From Lophium mytilinum (lineage: Eukaryota): 64,000 nt of DNA. Numbering within the stretch: position 1 is the stretch's first letter; each line of letters opens with the position of its first letter. The notes beneath the pieces were generated by a model. It searched no databases and was not told where the DNA came from. It worked only from the letters and a program-made list of their open reading frames with translations. This document shows positions 24,061 to 36,059 of the stretch, one piece after another. The translations under genes were made by a program, and so were the position numbers. The stretch is from NCBI GenBank assembly GCA_010093605.1, contig MU004196.1, positions 1,262,606 through 1,326,605 on the forward strand, read 5' to 3'.

Positions 24061-25154
24061 CACCAACGAACTATTGGACATGGAGTTTTCAACCAGAATA
24101 TGGGGTACGGGCTCACATGTGTGGCGCCTATACAAGTTAGCACGAAGGTGAGAATAAGTAAATGTGTATTTAGCCAAGCAACACCCCGCCATACATACAA
24201 TAAGCGAAAGTGATCCCACTTCATACTTTTCAACGACTGGCAAGATGGGAAGCTTCACCATCAGAAATATCGGCTGCTTGCTTGAGCCCCTCCTGCAAAC
24301 GATGCTAGATGCATCCTCTTACAGACGCTGCTGGGTGCATCATCCTGCAGACACCGCTAGGCGCATGAGGTAGGGCTTCCCAAGCGTTGGGCCACAGCCC
24401 ATTGCGAGAGCTACGTAAGGAAAATGTTTCGGCTCAGGGGTTGTGCAATCTTCGAGGGCAAAACTTGTACCGGCGAGGAACAACCCAAAGCGTCGGATCG
24501 CAGCCGACCGCGAGAGCTGCACAAGGGAAGGGAATCGGCTCAGGGCTTGTGCACAGCCCTCCTGCAGGCGTCGCTAGGTGCATGAGGGAGGGCTCCCAGA
24601 AGAGCCGTTAATTGGCTATTGCGCGACCCCTGCTGTCATGATGCCGCCCCGACTTCCTACATAATGTGAATTGACGCTTTCTTCCAAAGTATATATTCGC
24701 TGGTCCATCACTACAAGTCTCCCTCCCCGAAAGCTACGCACCAATCCACCCCGCCCCCAAACATTTGACTGGTATGTACTTTAGTTCAGCAACCGTTATG
24801 TGCGTACAGCATCAAACGATCTATTGATCGTACTGACGGTTGAACGCTTCTGTCACTCTCTTACTAGCCTTAAGCTTTCACTGGAAACATAGATTCCAGC
24901 CTCGAAATTTAGTCTTTCATATACACTTGAACTAGGTTACTAAAAGTCGCAGGTCAAACGCTCATTATCAGCCTTCTCTTACGCCACGCCACTGAGAACA
25001 CATCCCAATCTTGGTACTCGTCATTACTCCCGCGCAACTCCGCCCGTAGGTACTAGGAGCTGCTCTCAATCGATAGCTGACGTTGGTTCGTGAAGCCTAA
25101 CTTACGCCAGCCAAGTACCCCTTTCTCTCAGTCAGGGTTACCACATGCCTCGCG

Positions 25155-25613
25155 ATGCTGGAACATAGTCGACCTCATCTCCATATCTCGGCCGAAGCAA
25201 TCATAGGAGTCGTTTTCGGGATTCTTACCCTAACCGCTACGCTTGCCAGTATCCAGTTTAAAGACTCGATAGTCCGTCTTTGCTGCACTCCCCGTCGGTT
25301 AAGAGGTATTCTCCCTTACATATGCCCCTTTTGAGCAGTAATTGAAAACTTTCAAGCTTCCAACGATGTCGAGGCAAATGCTGGTACTACCTTGGCAGCA
25401 TGGCCCACAAGATCTATTCCGCTTCCGCATTCACTCGAGCTGTATACATTACCGTCGATACGTTTGCATTGGCCGTCGCCATACGAAATCTCTGGGGCGC
25501 AAATTGGAGAGTGGGATCGTGTATGGAGAGGTGGGAGCGTGGAGGAGATTACTCAGCGGATTGGCCCGTTTTCGGGAGTGATGCGGTTGCTTGGGGTCGC
25601 CCATGAGCAGTGA
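25155..25613 (+). CDS. TM microprotein family copy D, ~135 aa (exons 25155-25305, 25357-25613)
   Basis: MLEHSRPHLHISAEAIIGVVFGILTLTATLASIQFKDSIVRLCCTPRRLR|ASNDVEANA...LELYTLPSIRLHWPSPYEISGAQIGEWDRVWR. The acceptor (AAG) is uncertain. Confidence 0.65.
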
Positions 25614-26739
25614 AAGTGTGCAGAGCACGTCAGGGGGAAAATTATGGTATCTAAGAAAACGACGTTTGGTATGAAGGTGTTGTCGATTCTCTTTTCTTGA
25701 TCCTGCTGCTTAGATCTTGAGGAGTGGCTGGACAAGGCTGAGAGTTCGATAACCTTTGTAAAAAGAGGCTCGGTTCGTGGAATGAAACTTCGAATCCGCA
25801 ATACATGAGAACAGAACGAAATTGTGTGCGATTTTAGACTAGATGAACGGTTCCTGGCCTAGATTTAAAAGGTTTTCCGATATGGAAGTCTAGAAGGCCT
25901 GATAAGATCCCACCATGTTGACGAGGGGGTACCCTGCGACGATCAACTAGCCTCCTCCAATGGCGGCCCTTACACGTACCGTAAGCTCGTCAGCTTCACT
26001 TTTTGAAAGGATGATTGGCGGATATTGCACCGTCCGCCTCACCCTTCCTCAGCTCCCCCTCTCCCTAGCCTAGATGCCCCGTGTATACGCGGGGGCCTGA
26101 GCCAGGAGCCTTGGACAGTTCCGCTTTAGCGATCCCCACCTACATGATAGTTCGTAGGGAATGATACCATGTCATAGACTCCTTGGTCTCGTCCCTCTGG
26201 ACTATGACTGCGAAGATTTTGTAGCTATCGCTGAATCTACTGCCTGTCTATAAGGTTCAGCGTAGCCATGGCCGCGAATGCGCCGTAACGAGAGGCCGAC
26301 TTTAAAGAGAGTACGAACTCGGACGCGGCGGTTCCTCAGGCAAGCATTTTGCAAGACTGCCTTATGAGGAGGCAGAGCACCACTTGTCACTAAAGAGATT
26401 CAATCTTTGCTACGTGATATTAGGAAAGAGCTCAGCATTTCGTAGCTCATAAGACTGTGCCGTCATTGAGGACACTGTTCCAAAGCTCAGGAGACGATGC
26501 CGCTTTTTCAAGTCAACCAGCACTGCAAGCTACGTCTTCGGAAGGTGCGCGAAGCCGCAAGGCTCCAAACAGTCCTCCCAGTCACCGGGAACTGCATCCT
26601 GCATCGCCCCCGAAAACACCGGCATAACGCACTCTAAGCTACGTGTCTTCGAGCACTAGCCTAATTCTCGAGGGAACGCCCATACATCGGGGGGCCTGTC
26701 AGGCCCCAAAGCTGCGGGATCTTTTGCAGGGTGGGCGGC

Positions 26740-26892
26740 TCTAGGGGATCACAGGATGGTCTGGGCAGAGGTGAGGCCATGCAAGCGGGCAGGTCTACGG
26801 AATCGTAGGATGGTCCGGGCAGACGTAGGGCCATGCAAGCGGATAGCTCTACGAGATCGCAGGATGGTCTGGGCAGAGGTGAGGCCATGCAA
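26740..26892. repeat. 54-bp minisatellite, ~2.7 copies
   Basis: AGGATGGTC(T/C)GGGCAGA...GCCATGCAA recurs at 26753, 26807 and 26861. Confidence 0.85.
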
Positions 26893-27728
26893 TGATCCCT
26901 AACGGTGATCTTACAGTTGCGTTTTGTCTCTCAAGTCAGTGCTTTTAAGAGCGCTCTGGTTGTCTTCGTCTTGCAGTGTTAATCCGGTGAATCCACGGTC
27001 TCCAAAACTTTGATGCAGCGCATTTAATATTGCACAAAGAGGCAGATCCTTCGACTTCAACTCCTTCCGAAGCAGCACGAAGCCTTTTAAAAGCCCCACT
27101 GGTACGTCACCCGCTCGTTCCTTTGATCTCTCGCCAGTATTTACGACCGCTGGTGTTCTTCTCCATCCAATCCGTTGGCGCGGTCGCAAATGTTGATGAG
27201 GGTAGCGCACAGCTACTTCGACATAAGTGATTCCATTCGACTTGCTAATCTTGAACTGTAGCAACCTTCATCTTCAAGTTGCCCATCGGCACGCCTGATC
27301 GCAGTACCACACCGCAGGCCACGCGACCAGCTACCCGTACGTCGCCAACTCCGAGAATTCGCCTTCAGCGTCGTCAAACCCAAAGATTGACTCAGCCTTC
27401 GGCGCTGACGAATCGAGTCGGATCTCGAACCATCTCCTTACTCCTTCGCACACTCCAACACAAGACAGCTTCCTTAACACCAACTTTAGCACCTATTCGC
27501 AAGGCCCAAGCATGGACTCCATTTTGACCAATCATACCTACTAATTCAGATCTGGGTACGTACCTCGGCACTGTCCAGCCTATGATGTCCAACCACAAAC
27601 CATTCTACTCTCTCGTGCACCGACTGATATATGCAATTCGACAGAACCTACCGTTTCGTCCACTTGATCGTAAAACTAACTTTTTATCTACCCAGAAGCT
27701 CCGATATCAGTACCACACGCCTCCCGCA

Positions 27729-28147
27729 ATGCCTGAGCACGAGAGATCCCATTATCACATCTCCACCGAAGCAATCGTGGGCATTGTCTTCGGCATCCTC
27801 ACTATTGGCGTTACTCTCGCTAGTATCCGATATCAAGACACCAACCTTTTTGCACTTCTGTTTCGCATCTGTCGAGGCTCTCGTCGGCGAAGAGGTGTGC
27901 AGCTACCATGTCACCTACCTTATATCAATATAGTGCGCTAATATGAGACGGTTTAGCCTTATTCAGAGACTCGATTGAGCTTCAAACTCTATCCACCTTT
28001 CTGGATTGGCCCATCGTACCATCACCATACGATGTCGGAGATTTAGAGCGGAATGAATGGGAAGATGAGCGAAGGGGTACGAGAGAGGAAGAACATACCT
28101 GGCGGGACACACTAGTGAGGAACGGGATACGTTTGACCGAGCGATGA
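27729..28147 (+). CDS. TM microprotein family copy E, 118 aa (exons 27729-27894, 27957-28147)
   Basis: MPEHERSHYHISTEAIVGIVFGILTIGVTLASIRYQDTNLFALLFRICRGSRRRR|ALFRDSIELQTLSTFLDWPIVPSPYDVGDLERNEWEDERRG; intron GTGTGC...GCTAAT...TAG. Confidence 0.75.
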
Positions 28148-29221
28148 AAACCGTGTTTATGAGACAGATCTACAGGTGTGGATAGGAATCACAGAGGACG
28201 CAGTTACGAAACTTTAGTGTGAGAAATTAGCTATCGTCCTCGGATTTGGATACCAAGAGAGCTTAGGGTTCGAGGCGGCGAGATTTGGTCTGGCTGGAAA
28301 TGGGTACCGACTCTTAACCGACCTGCTACCCAAAGACGATACCCTTCAAATATATATTCATCGTTCATGACCTGCCTGATCATCGTCAATTTCACATGGA
28401 TGTGATGCACGAAATCCTCGTTGCTGCGTCATCTCTGGTCTTGTACCACATGCCTATTCCGGACGCAATCCCCTCTCAGCCTTCAAAACTACGACGTTAC
28501 AGAAACGGTTGCGGCGCCGCCGCGGCACACATCGTTCAGGTCAGGGGCACAGATTTTGGGGTAAGAAGAAGAGGAAACGTGTTGTTTTAGGGTCCCTAGC
28601 CTTGTGGGTGGGGTACGGCGGGGAGTCCTATCCCGAAGCAGCTAAGCAGCCCCAGCAAGGCTGGAAAGCTCCGGCCCGTACCGCACCAATCCGCACTCGC
28701 TAACGCCCGGGCGGGTAGAGCGAAGTGGGGTCTTATCGTGGTCCACATCCCTTCCAGAAGTCGTTTCCTTGCCGCTTACCATGGGGTCGGGAGAGTGACC
28801 CGAAACTCGGGGGTCATTTCAATGCCGGCTGATTTATGAGAACGGCAAATCAGGTCTAGCACCCGAGCGACGCGATTGAAAACAGCCCGAGGTCGTGGGA
28901 TTTCAAGAGCTGAGTACTATCGCCACTCTAGTTTCATCCCTTTGGATTGTCAATGTAATCTCTGCCTGATATGACTTTGTATAAAACGATTTTGTTGCCT
29001 AACTTTCAGTGTCGGGCATGGCTTTTTGTATTCACTGTTTTGAATCATCATATCTCTGAATCTCTAGTGCTATCAACCTTTAGAATTTCTTGTGTCGGGC
29101 CGTTTATCTAATCCTCCAACCTGTGAGACGACTTTGTAACTTCGAAGATTCGTGACATTGAACCCCTAGAGTTTGCCACTTGGACAGTTCTTCCGCAAAA
29201 GCGCTTCTTTCTGTTTCAGCC

Positions 29222-29560
29222 ATGGCAACAAACACAACTCACCTCTCCACTGAAGCCACACTGGGCCTCGTTCTTGGTGTCCTAACTATCATGGCCACGC
29301 TTGCGAGTATCCGGTACAAAGCTTCTATCTGTAACGTCGTAGTCCGCATTTGCTGTAATGATTGGTGTCGCGGAGGTGCGTACATATATTCTGCGGCTCT
29401 ACTATTTCAGAAACATCGGACATAGAGGCTACAAATGTTATTAGAGGATGTCTCGCCCCCGTGCTAGAGCTTCAAAGGAGTCATTCCACGTTGCTGGATT
29501 AGCGTACCGTCGCCGAATATTGTCGGTGAGACTGAACGGATGGCCTGGGCGGATGAAGGG
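29222..29560 (+). pseudogene. TM microprotein family copy F, premature stop plus frameshift in the conserved motif
   Basis: MATNTTHLSTEATLGLVLGVLTIMATLASIRYKASIC...|ETSDIEA...ELQRSHSTLLD* (TAG 29500-29502 where paralogs have TGG). VPSPNIVGETERMAW follows in another frame. The intron is only 35 nt (29376-29410). Confidence 0.75.
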
Positions 29561-30700
29561 AGTAGTTTGAACGTGGAACAAGGGGTCGATACCATACCAA
29601 CACTGCATATGTAGCCGAGAGTAGGCGTTGACTGAAAGTGATTGGAGGAGTGCTAATAGGTGGTATTAAACTATGTCTGGTTGAAGGATTGAATCGGTAA
29701 TTCTATAGGGAGTTTGCGCGCATTTGGTGGGGAGCAATAACAACAAGTGCAACCTCCTACGGTGTTCGATGTAGATTTCTTTCCAGAGTGCAGTGCGTGA
29801 TAGCCCATCTACACTACCAAGGGATGTATTAGCGTTCATTTCCACGTGCACCCCTAGCACCTCCATCCTTATACTGTACGGCGTGCTTCACGGAATGGCT
29901 CGTCGTATATCTGCATACATGTAGCTGGTGAACTGTCGCAGTACAGTTCAATATTGATGGGGCTGTGAATGTTTTATATACGCTCGTGCTCTGGAATACG
30001 CCGGAGTGATAACCTCTCGTTGTAGGGCTCGTGCGCAACAACACCCAGCACTCCGAACCACCTCCAAACCTTGATAAATAAGCTCACAAAGTATCTTGGG
30101 ATATAGCTCTAACTTCGCGCTTTAGGACCGTTTTGAAATAATTTCGAATATCGAGGCTGGGGGTGTTGTATTCAAGTCTTAACGTTGGCGTGGGAGCTGC
30201 CTTAAAAGCGGAGGTTATGTTATTACTCCGACGTAGAGTCTTGCCGTGAAAATGTTCCGAACCCTGAGTTGCCAGGTGCTAGCCCAGCCCTAAGTGGTGA
30301 ATAACGAATCACGTAGCTCCATTTCGTGTCGAGTTCGCTTAGAAAAACCGAGCACGTGACAGCCAGGCCGATCTTCCGCATCCCATGTCGTCAAGATCAC
30401 TCAGTCTAAGCCTCACTGGCCAATAACGAATCAAGTAGCTCCATTCATATGGTGCATACCTAGCGCGGACAGAAAACGCCTCTCTTTGTTTCATTGCAAA
30501 GTATGTACACCTCCACGCTTCAAGTCTACGTTCGCCTACAGCGGATCTTCAATTCCTCTTTGCGATTGTGGATTTCTATCGCTATTGCTAGCTTGATTCT
30601 CTGAACCCGATTGGATTTCGTCTGCTTTAATTCGCACGTCTTCATAACCTTAACAGCCAGCTTAGCCTCAAAACCAGAAAGAGAGAACGAGACTTCAACC

Positions 30701-31254
30701 ATGAAGGCCGATACCATTCTCGCAGCAGCATTTGGCGCTTTGACTTTACTAGCAACAATAGCTGGCGTTCGTTACAAAAGCTCTATTTGCGGTTTAGTGC
30801 TTAAGTTCTTCAGATGTGGCCGCCGTCGTCGAGGTTAGTGGACGTCTTCTGATGTGAGCGCCAGCGCGGGGGTGCCATCGCGGTGCGACTTTGTGTGAGC
30901 AACATATGAATCTACGACCTCTCGCATTTCTCTTGCTAGCTCGTCTGTTGTGGGCGACAAGAGTCCGTTGGGAATGATGAGAGCGGGTCACGTGATACCA
31001 AAACCACACGTCCAGTCTGGAGCGAGGGACAGGTCACATGATACAGAACTGATCCATGTTTAGATCCCCGAAGCATTCAGGACGTCGAGTCTACCTCTCC
31101 CGAACTGTCATCAAACCAGAACTCGCATTCCACTGGCATCGAGTTGCTCAATCTGCCTCCTGTTCAGCATCCGATGTACCTCGACTGGCCGGTTCTTCCC
31201 TCCCCGTACGACGAGACTCGTCGCGAGCAGCATGAGTGGAGCACGTTGGCTTAA
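30701..31254 (+). CDS. TM microprotein family copy G, 107 aa (exons 30701-30833, 31064-31254)
   Basis: MKADTILAAAFGALTLLATIAGVRYKSSICGLVLKFFRCGRRRR|DPRSIQDVES...GIELLNLPPVQHPMYLDWPVLPSPYDETRREQHEWSTLA; 230-nt intron GTTAGT...CTGAT...TAG. Confidence 0.75.
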
Positions 31255-32255
31255 CCCATCACCCGAGAGATGGAGGATTAGTGGTGATGGCTGGACAGAA
31301 AGCCATTGGCGTTGCAGAGCTGAATGGGTGCTTGGATACAGTGCTTGAGCGTTCGGCGGCCAGGCGCTTTCCAGGATTCGTTAAGGAATATTGTTTCTAC
31401 TCGGGGTTCGCTTTGTTCTTCCAAAAAGCTGTCTTTCTAGATTCTCGGCGCGACCTCGAAAGGTTGCGCCTTCTGTGTCATCTGTCTCTACGCCGATTTC
31501 GAAGATATCAGTCATTGAGAACATCAAGACTCACAATACCATTTCCCCGACACTCATCCGCTATTTTGCGCAAGGGCGAGGCTTTCGCTGCTGCCAACGG
31601 CAGGGTGCTGATGAGTAGGCCTACTGCAAAGGCTGATCAAGGGGCAAGCCAATTACGGTAAAGACGGCGATGGATGAGCGTTGGGAGTAAAAACACGTTT
31701 ATTTTACATTTCACACCTGGATGCTTGTTGGGCCATTTGCATGTTGCGGTTAGCGGGTACTGTAGTTCGATCTCATACTTATCAAACAGGATAGACAAAG
31801 TCTTGAAGTGGAGATTTTATCTTGCGTTCAGCCGCACCGGCTAACTCCGGAATCCAGCCTCGCACGTGATCCACGTACCATTCCGCCCTATTCAGGCACT
31901 GTGGGAGTCGTCAAACCGTGGCAGTCTTGTTAGGTTAAACTTTCTTTCATAGAAATGAGGGAACTGGGTGGTGAAAGTCGGCTGGTGTTACGCATACATA
32001 TATCGTAGCCACGCCATAATGGCCTGTGCTTACACGGCAGTGCGATTACCCGGTCACGCAGTATGCAGCTAAGGCTTTTGAAGAGGCTCTTGTAACCAAT
32101 GATGGCTAACGAAGAGGCCCCACGTCTAAGTTTCATCGCAGGGATCAACAGCCCCTCATCGGTCAGCTCATTCAGCCTTGCATGAACGACCTGGCATTGC
32201 TGAGAACCTCATCGAACCCTTCCCCTCTTAAGGGAACATGCAGCTCACGGCTCTG

Positions 32256-34711
32256 ATGGCGGGCGGGTTCGGGTTCTCTATTTCCGATCTTGCCGCCATT
32301 GGCACCTTTGCGTGGAATCTCTACAAGTCTTGTAAGTCGAGTGTCGCTCTTGGATCTACATGACTTCGCGAGACATGAACTGACCGCGTCAAGGCAAAAA
32401 TGCAGGCTCCGAGTTTCAGGTAGTCACTGGTGATGGTAGAAATAGATCCTATCTTGCAACAAGAAGATACTAATTTCACGACAGTCAACACGCTGCAAAC
32501 CGCTCTCCGCGAGCTCAACGACGAAGTGGGAAACCACTCTTCAATCTTCAACCATGGACACGAAAAGTGAAAACAAGATCTAACCGTCCTAGTAAAGGAC
32601 TGCGACACCGACCTCCGGACACTGGAAAGACTTCTCACCAAGTACGGCTCTCTGAAATCAAGCAACCCGCGGACACGTGACAAAATGGGCTTCAGCCCCA
32701 CGAAGGTGCACGAAATACGCGTCAAACTCTCCAAGCATACGGAGAAGCTCAATTTCTTCCTTACGCAGATGAATACCAGCGCCCTTGGCAGGATGGAGAC
32801 AAAGCTCGACATGTTAAGAGAAGACATCCTTCGAGGATGGAAGAAAACAAGCATGTTTGGCATCGCTGAGGACTTGACAATGCTGGAGAAAGAGTTGCTA
32901 GATGATGAGATTACGGAGGTCGATGTTGAACTGAATAGAGGGCCGATTATGGAATGGCTTCGGCCAACCCGTGAGGCTGAGCACTTCTTGGATATACCTC
33001 CCGTTGATCTTCGTACTCCGGATCCGCCTATTGTGATGGAATCGCCGATCAAGATGTCCCCATGTCCCTCGGTCGTCTTCGGTACAAAGGAAACGTCGAA
33101 GAACTACCAGGCGACCGTCGATGATGGTAGCGATGACGGGGAGGCTTACGTAGCGAAAGATCTGCATCCTGCAGAAGCAGTCCACACGGAGACGTTCAAG
33201 CAGAGTGCTCACATTGTAGAGAACCCACCTACCAATGGCTTACAAGACGAAAATGAAAAACTCGATGCTGGGCGGAAAACGTCACTAGCTTCCTCCGTAA
33301 TCGACGAGAGCACTTTTGATAAGACTAGCGATCCAACCCGTGTACTGGAAGAATTCTTCAACTTACCTCGCTCGGAACCTCGACAACCGGATCCGCCAAC
33401 TCGACCGGCTGAAAAGCAGACCAATGGAACTCCTTCAGAAGGCAATAGATCTCCTCCGGCTTTAGCTACTAGAAAGACCTAGACTAGGAAGCCTAGCCTC
33501 CAAAGCATGAAAGCCGAAATAGAGAGTCTTGAGGCCGAACGACAGCCCGACACGGCAAAAGATTATCCCTCACCAGGAGACGAAACTGACTACAGTGACT
33601 ACAACCAGTTTTGCCTAATGACAGCCTTTGCAGAGATTGAAAGAAGAAGAAATATAAAGGTTACAGAAGGAAGCTTCGAGGAGAATAAACTATTTTTGGG
33701 CAGACAGATGATTCCATCCTCACGTTTCAATACTACAACCTTTTTCGTTTCTCCTTCGGGTTTGACCTACTTGAATAAACTACCGTGCGATAATCTGGAT
33801 CCTCTGCTCAAGGGCTACACAGATCCATCCCCAGATAACAGGCCTTTTCCGAGTACTATCTGGTTGCGTGGCGACAAGCCTTGGAGTGTTGGTCGGCCTT
33901 CATACCCTTTGAATCCAGCACATCCGTTCCACAAACTTACTCCTCCGCCTACGTCCTCTCTCCTCCATCAGTACAGTCAACAGAGCCAGCGTCGCCCCCG
34001 AGGCCAGTAAGCTCGACCCCGTCTCCTCCGCCACTTCAGACGCCAGAGCCAACAACGCACCCATTGCACGATGCTCCTACTCCAAACGAAGAACCCCCAT
34101 CCGAACCAACGAATGCTTCTCCATCTCCTCCACCATCAAACCCCGCTGCGCCTCTGCCACAGCAACCAATCGTTCCAGAGCCAGAGTCGGCCACAGAGCC
34201 GGCCACAGAGCCGGCCAACGCACCCCAAGTCATAGAACGGCGGCTCCGCTGCACGCTGGAGGAACTCTTCTACGGCACCACCAAGAAGGTGCGAAGCAAA
34301 CGCAAAACTTCCGGTGAATTGGGCGAGAAGATGTCAAAGGATGGTAAGACATGCGCGATACCCATAGCACGAGGACTTAAAGACGGCGATCGGATCAAAT
34401 TTACTGGCGTCTTTGAGAACGATATAACGGAACTTCATTTTGTCATAGAACAAGTGCGTACCTTTCTTCACACAACTTGATCTGCCCTAATTGCCATGTC
34501 CCTGCAGGAACCCCATCGGCTGTTTAGCCGGAGAGGAGACGATTTATATTATAAGCCTCAAATCTTTAGTACAATGGTCAAGACTATCGATGGGGTGCGA
34601 TTCCAAGGACTGTTTGGCAAGAAAAATAAGTTTTTCCCGGGCTATGGTATGCCGAAAAGCGAGAATCCGGAGCAGAGAGGGGTTTTCTACGTGAACATGA
34701 TTAGAAAGTGA
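32256..34711 (+). pseudogene. HeLo-like/STAND N-terminal domain fused to a DnaJ C-terminal (peptide-binding) domain, disrupted
   Basis: N-terminus MAGGFGFSISDLAAIGTFAWNLYKSC|KNAGSEFQ...LNFFLTQMNTSALGRMETKLD. C-terminus CTLEELFYGTTKK..GLKDGDRIKF..LHFVIEQ|EPHRLFSRRGDDLY..GYGMPKS..RG. In-frame TGA at 32568, TAG at 33480, frame change at ~33880-34010. No HPD J-domain. Confidence 0.7.
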
Positions 34712-35668
34712 GATTCTTGGAGATACAAGTATATGTCCTAATTTTTACTCTTTCATGTATAATTAGTAAACCCATAAACGCTCGAGTTTAAACGCTGAGG
34801 ATTGCCTTCAGCTGCATAATTTGCTAGCTGGTGTAGTTTGAGACAAGAAATACCCTTGCGGCAATCAGTATCACGTGATCCTCTTTGCCCAGGGCTCGCG
34901 CGTTGCGAGGCATGTCGGAGAAAACAGCGTCCGGTTTCGCGTACAACGACTTAACCTCCTCGAAATACTCTGATATTTTACCACTATCTTGAAAACGCTA
35001 TCTTTCAAGAAAAGGACGGGTAAAATGATATTACAAGATTGCTCTTCTTGATCTACTGTCATGGAACTGGAAAGTGGGATAATCCGCCAGCACAGCCACA
35101 CTCCATGCGCGCGCAACCTCCGCAGAGTGCCTCGCAACGCTGAGGCAGAGTCGCAGAAAGCATAGCCCAAAGTGACTCCTTTTAGCAAGAATTAAAATCG
35201 GTCAAAAATCGACTTTATTTTCTGGCCCACCAACGCCTTTATAAGTACTCAGATCTCGCCGACCTTCTATCCAGGTTTGCAATTCAAGCAGTGTTTACTT
35301 CTCGTGGTGTTCGCCTTCACCTCTCCTCAGTTTTGCGACCGTGCCTTCACGCCAATCCTTGCTAGTCTGTGACAGCCTGCCAGCCAATAGGACACCACCA
35401 AGGCGAGTACTCAATTTGAGGCTTCTCTTCGCAGTTTCTGTAGTCTCTTACATACTTGCTGAAGATCTTTCTTATATCAAACCTCATAGGCCAGGACTTT
35501 CGATATAACGAATGGCTTGGGAGACCGCGTTCCCCGGATGGCATCCACAGGACTAATACTTGATGTAGGGGCCACTAAACTCTTAGTACGACTCCTTCGG
35601 AGAGCTGTGAATATCGAATTCGAAAACAAAAAAGTACCTTTACGTCTTTATCCGCAGTCCACAGCTCC

Positions 35669-36059
35669 ATGTCAGACCAACACCCCTCCGCTTCCCATCT
35701 TTCAACCGAAGCCATCTTCGGCCTCATCTTCGGCATCCTCACCCTCACGGCTACAATCGCGAGCATCCGTTACAAGGACTCGATATGCATGCTTTTCTTG
35801 AGGTGTTGTCGCCGGGCTCGTTCCCGAAGGGGTCAGCGCTCTATAGAACATAGAAACTCTTTTCGATCTCAGCTAATGCAACGTAGGAGGAGCGGACCTC
35901 GAGGCTGGCAACGATAGACGAAGTCCGGCTACAGGGGGTGTATTTGAGCTCCAGAGAAGCAGATCGACGTTCCTGGACTGGCCTGTGGTGCCTTCACCGT
36001 ACGATGTTGGCCGGATGGAGAGGCTTGAGTGGGAGAGGGAGAGGCGCGGCGAGGCCTGA
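35669..36059 (+). CDS. TM microprotein family copy H, 111 aa (exons 35669-35831, 35887-36059)
   Basis: MSDQHPSASHLSTEAIFGLIFGILTLTATIASIRYKDSICMLFLRCCRRARSRR|GGADLEAG...FELQRSRSTFLDWPVVPSPYDVGRMERLEWERERRGEA; intron GTCAGC...GCTAAT...TAG. Confidence 0.8.

Noticed and set aside
32568..33482. A-to-I stop-codon repair as an explanation for the in-frame stops
   Set aside because: An additional frame change would remain, and nothing here shows the organism belongs to an editing lineage.
30354..34879. Several CACGTG E-boxes
   Set aside because: The hexamer is short and scattered across the window, with no consistent position relative to family copies.
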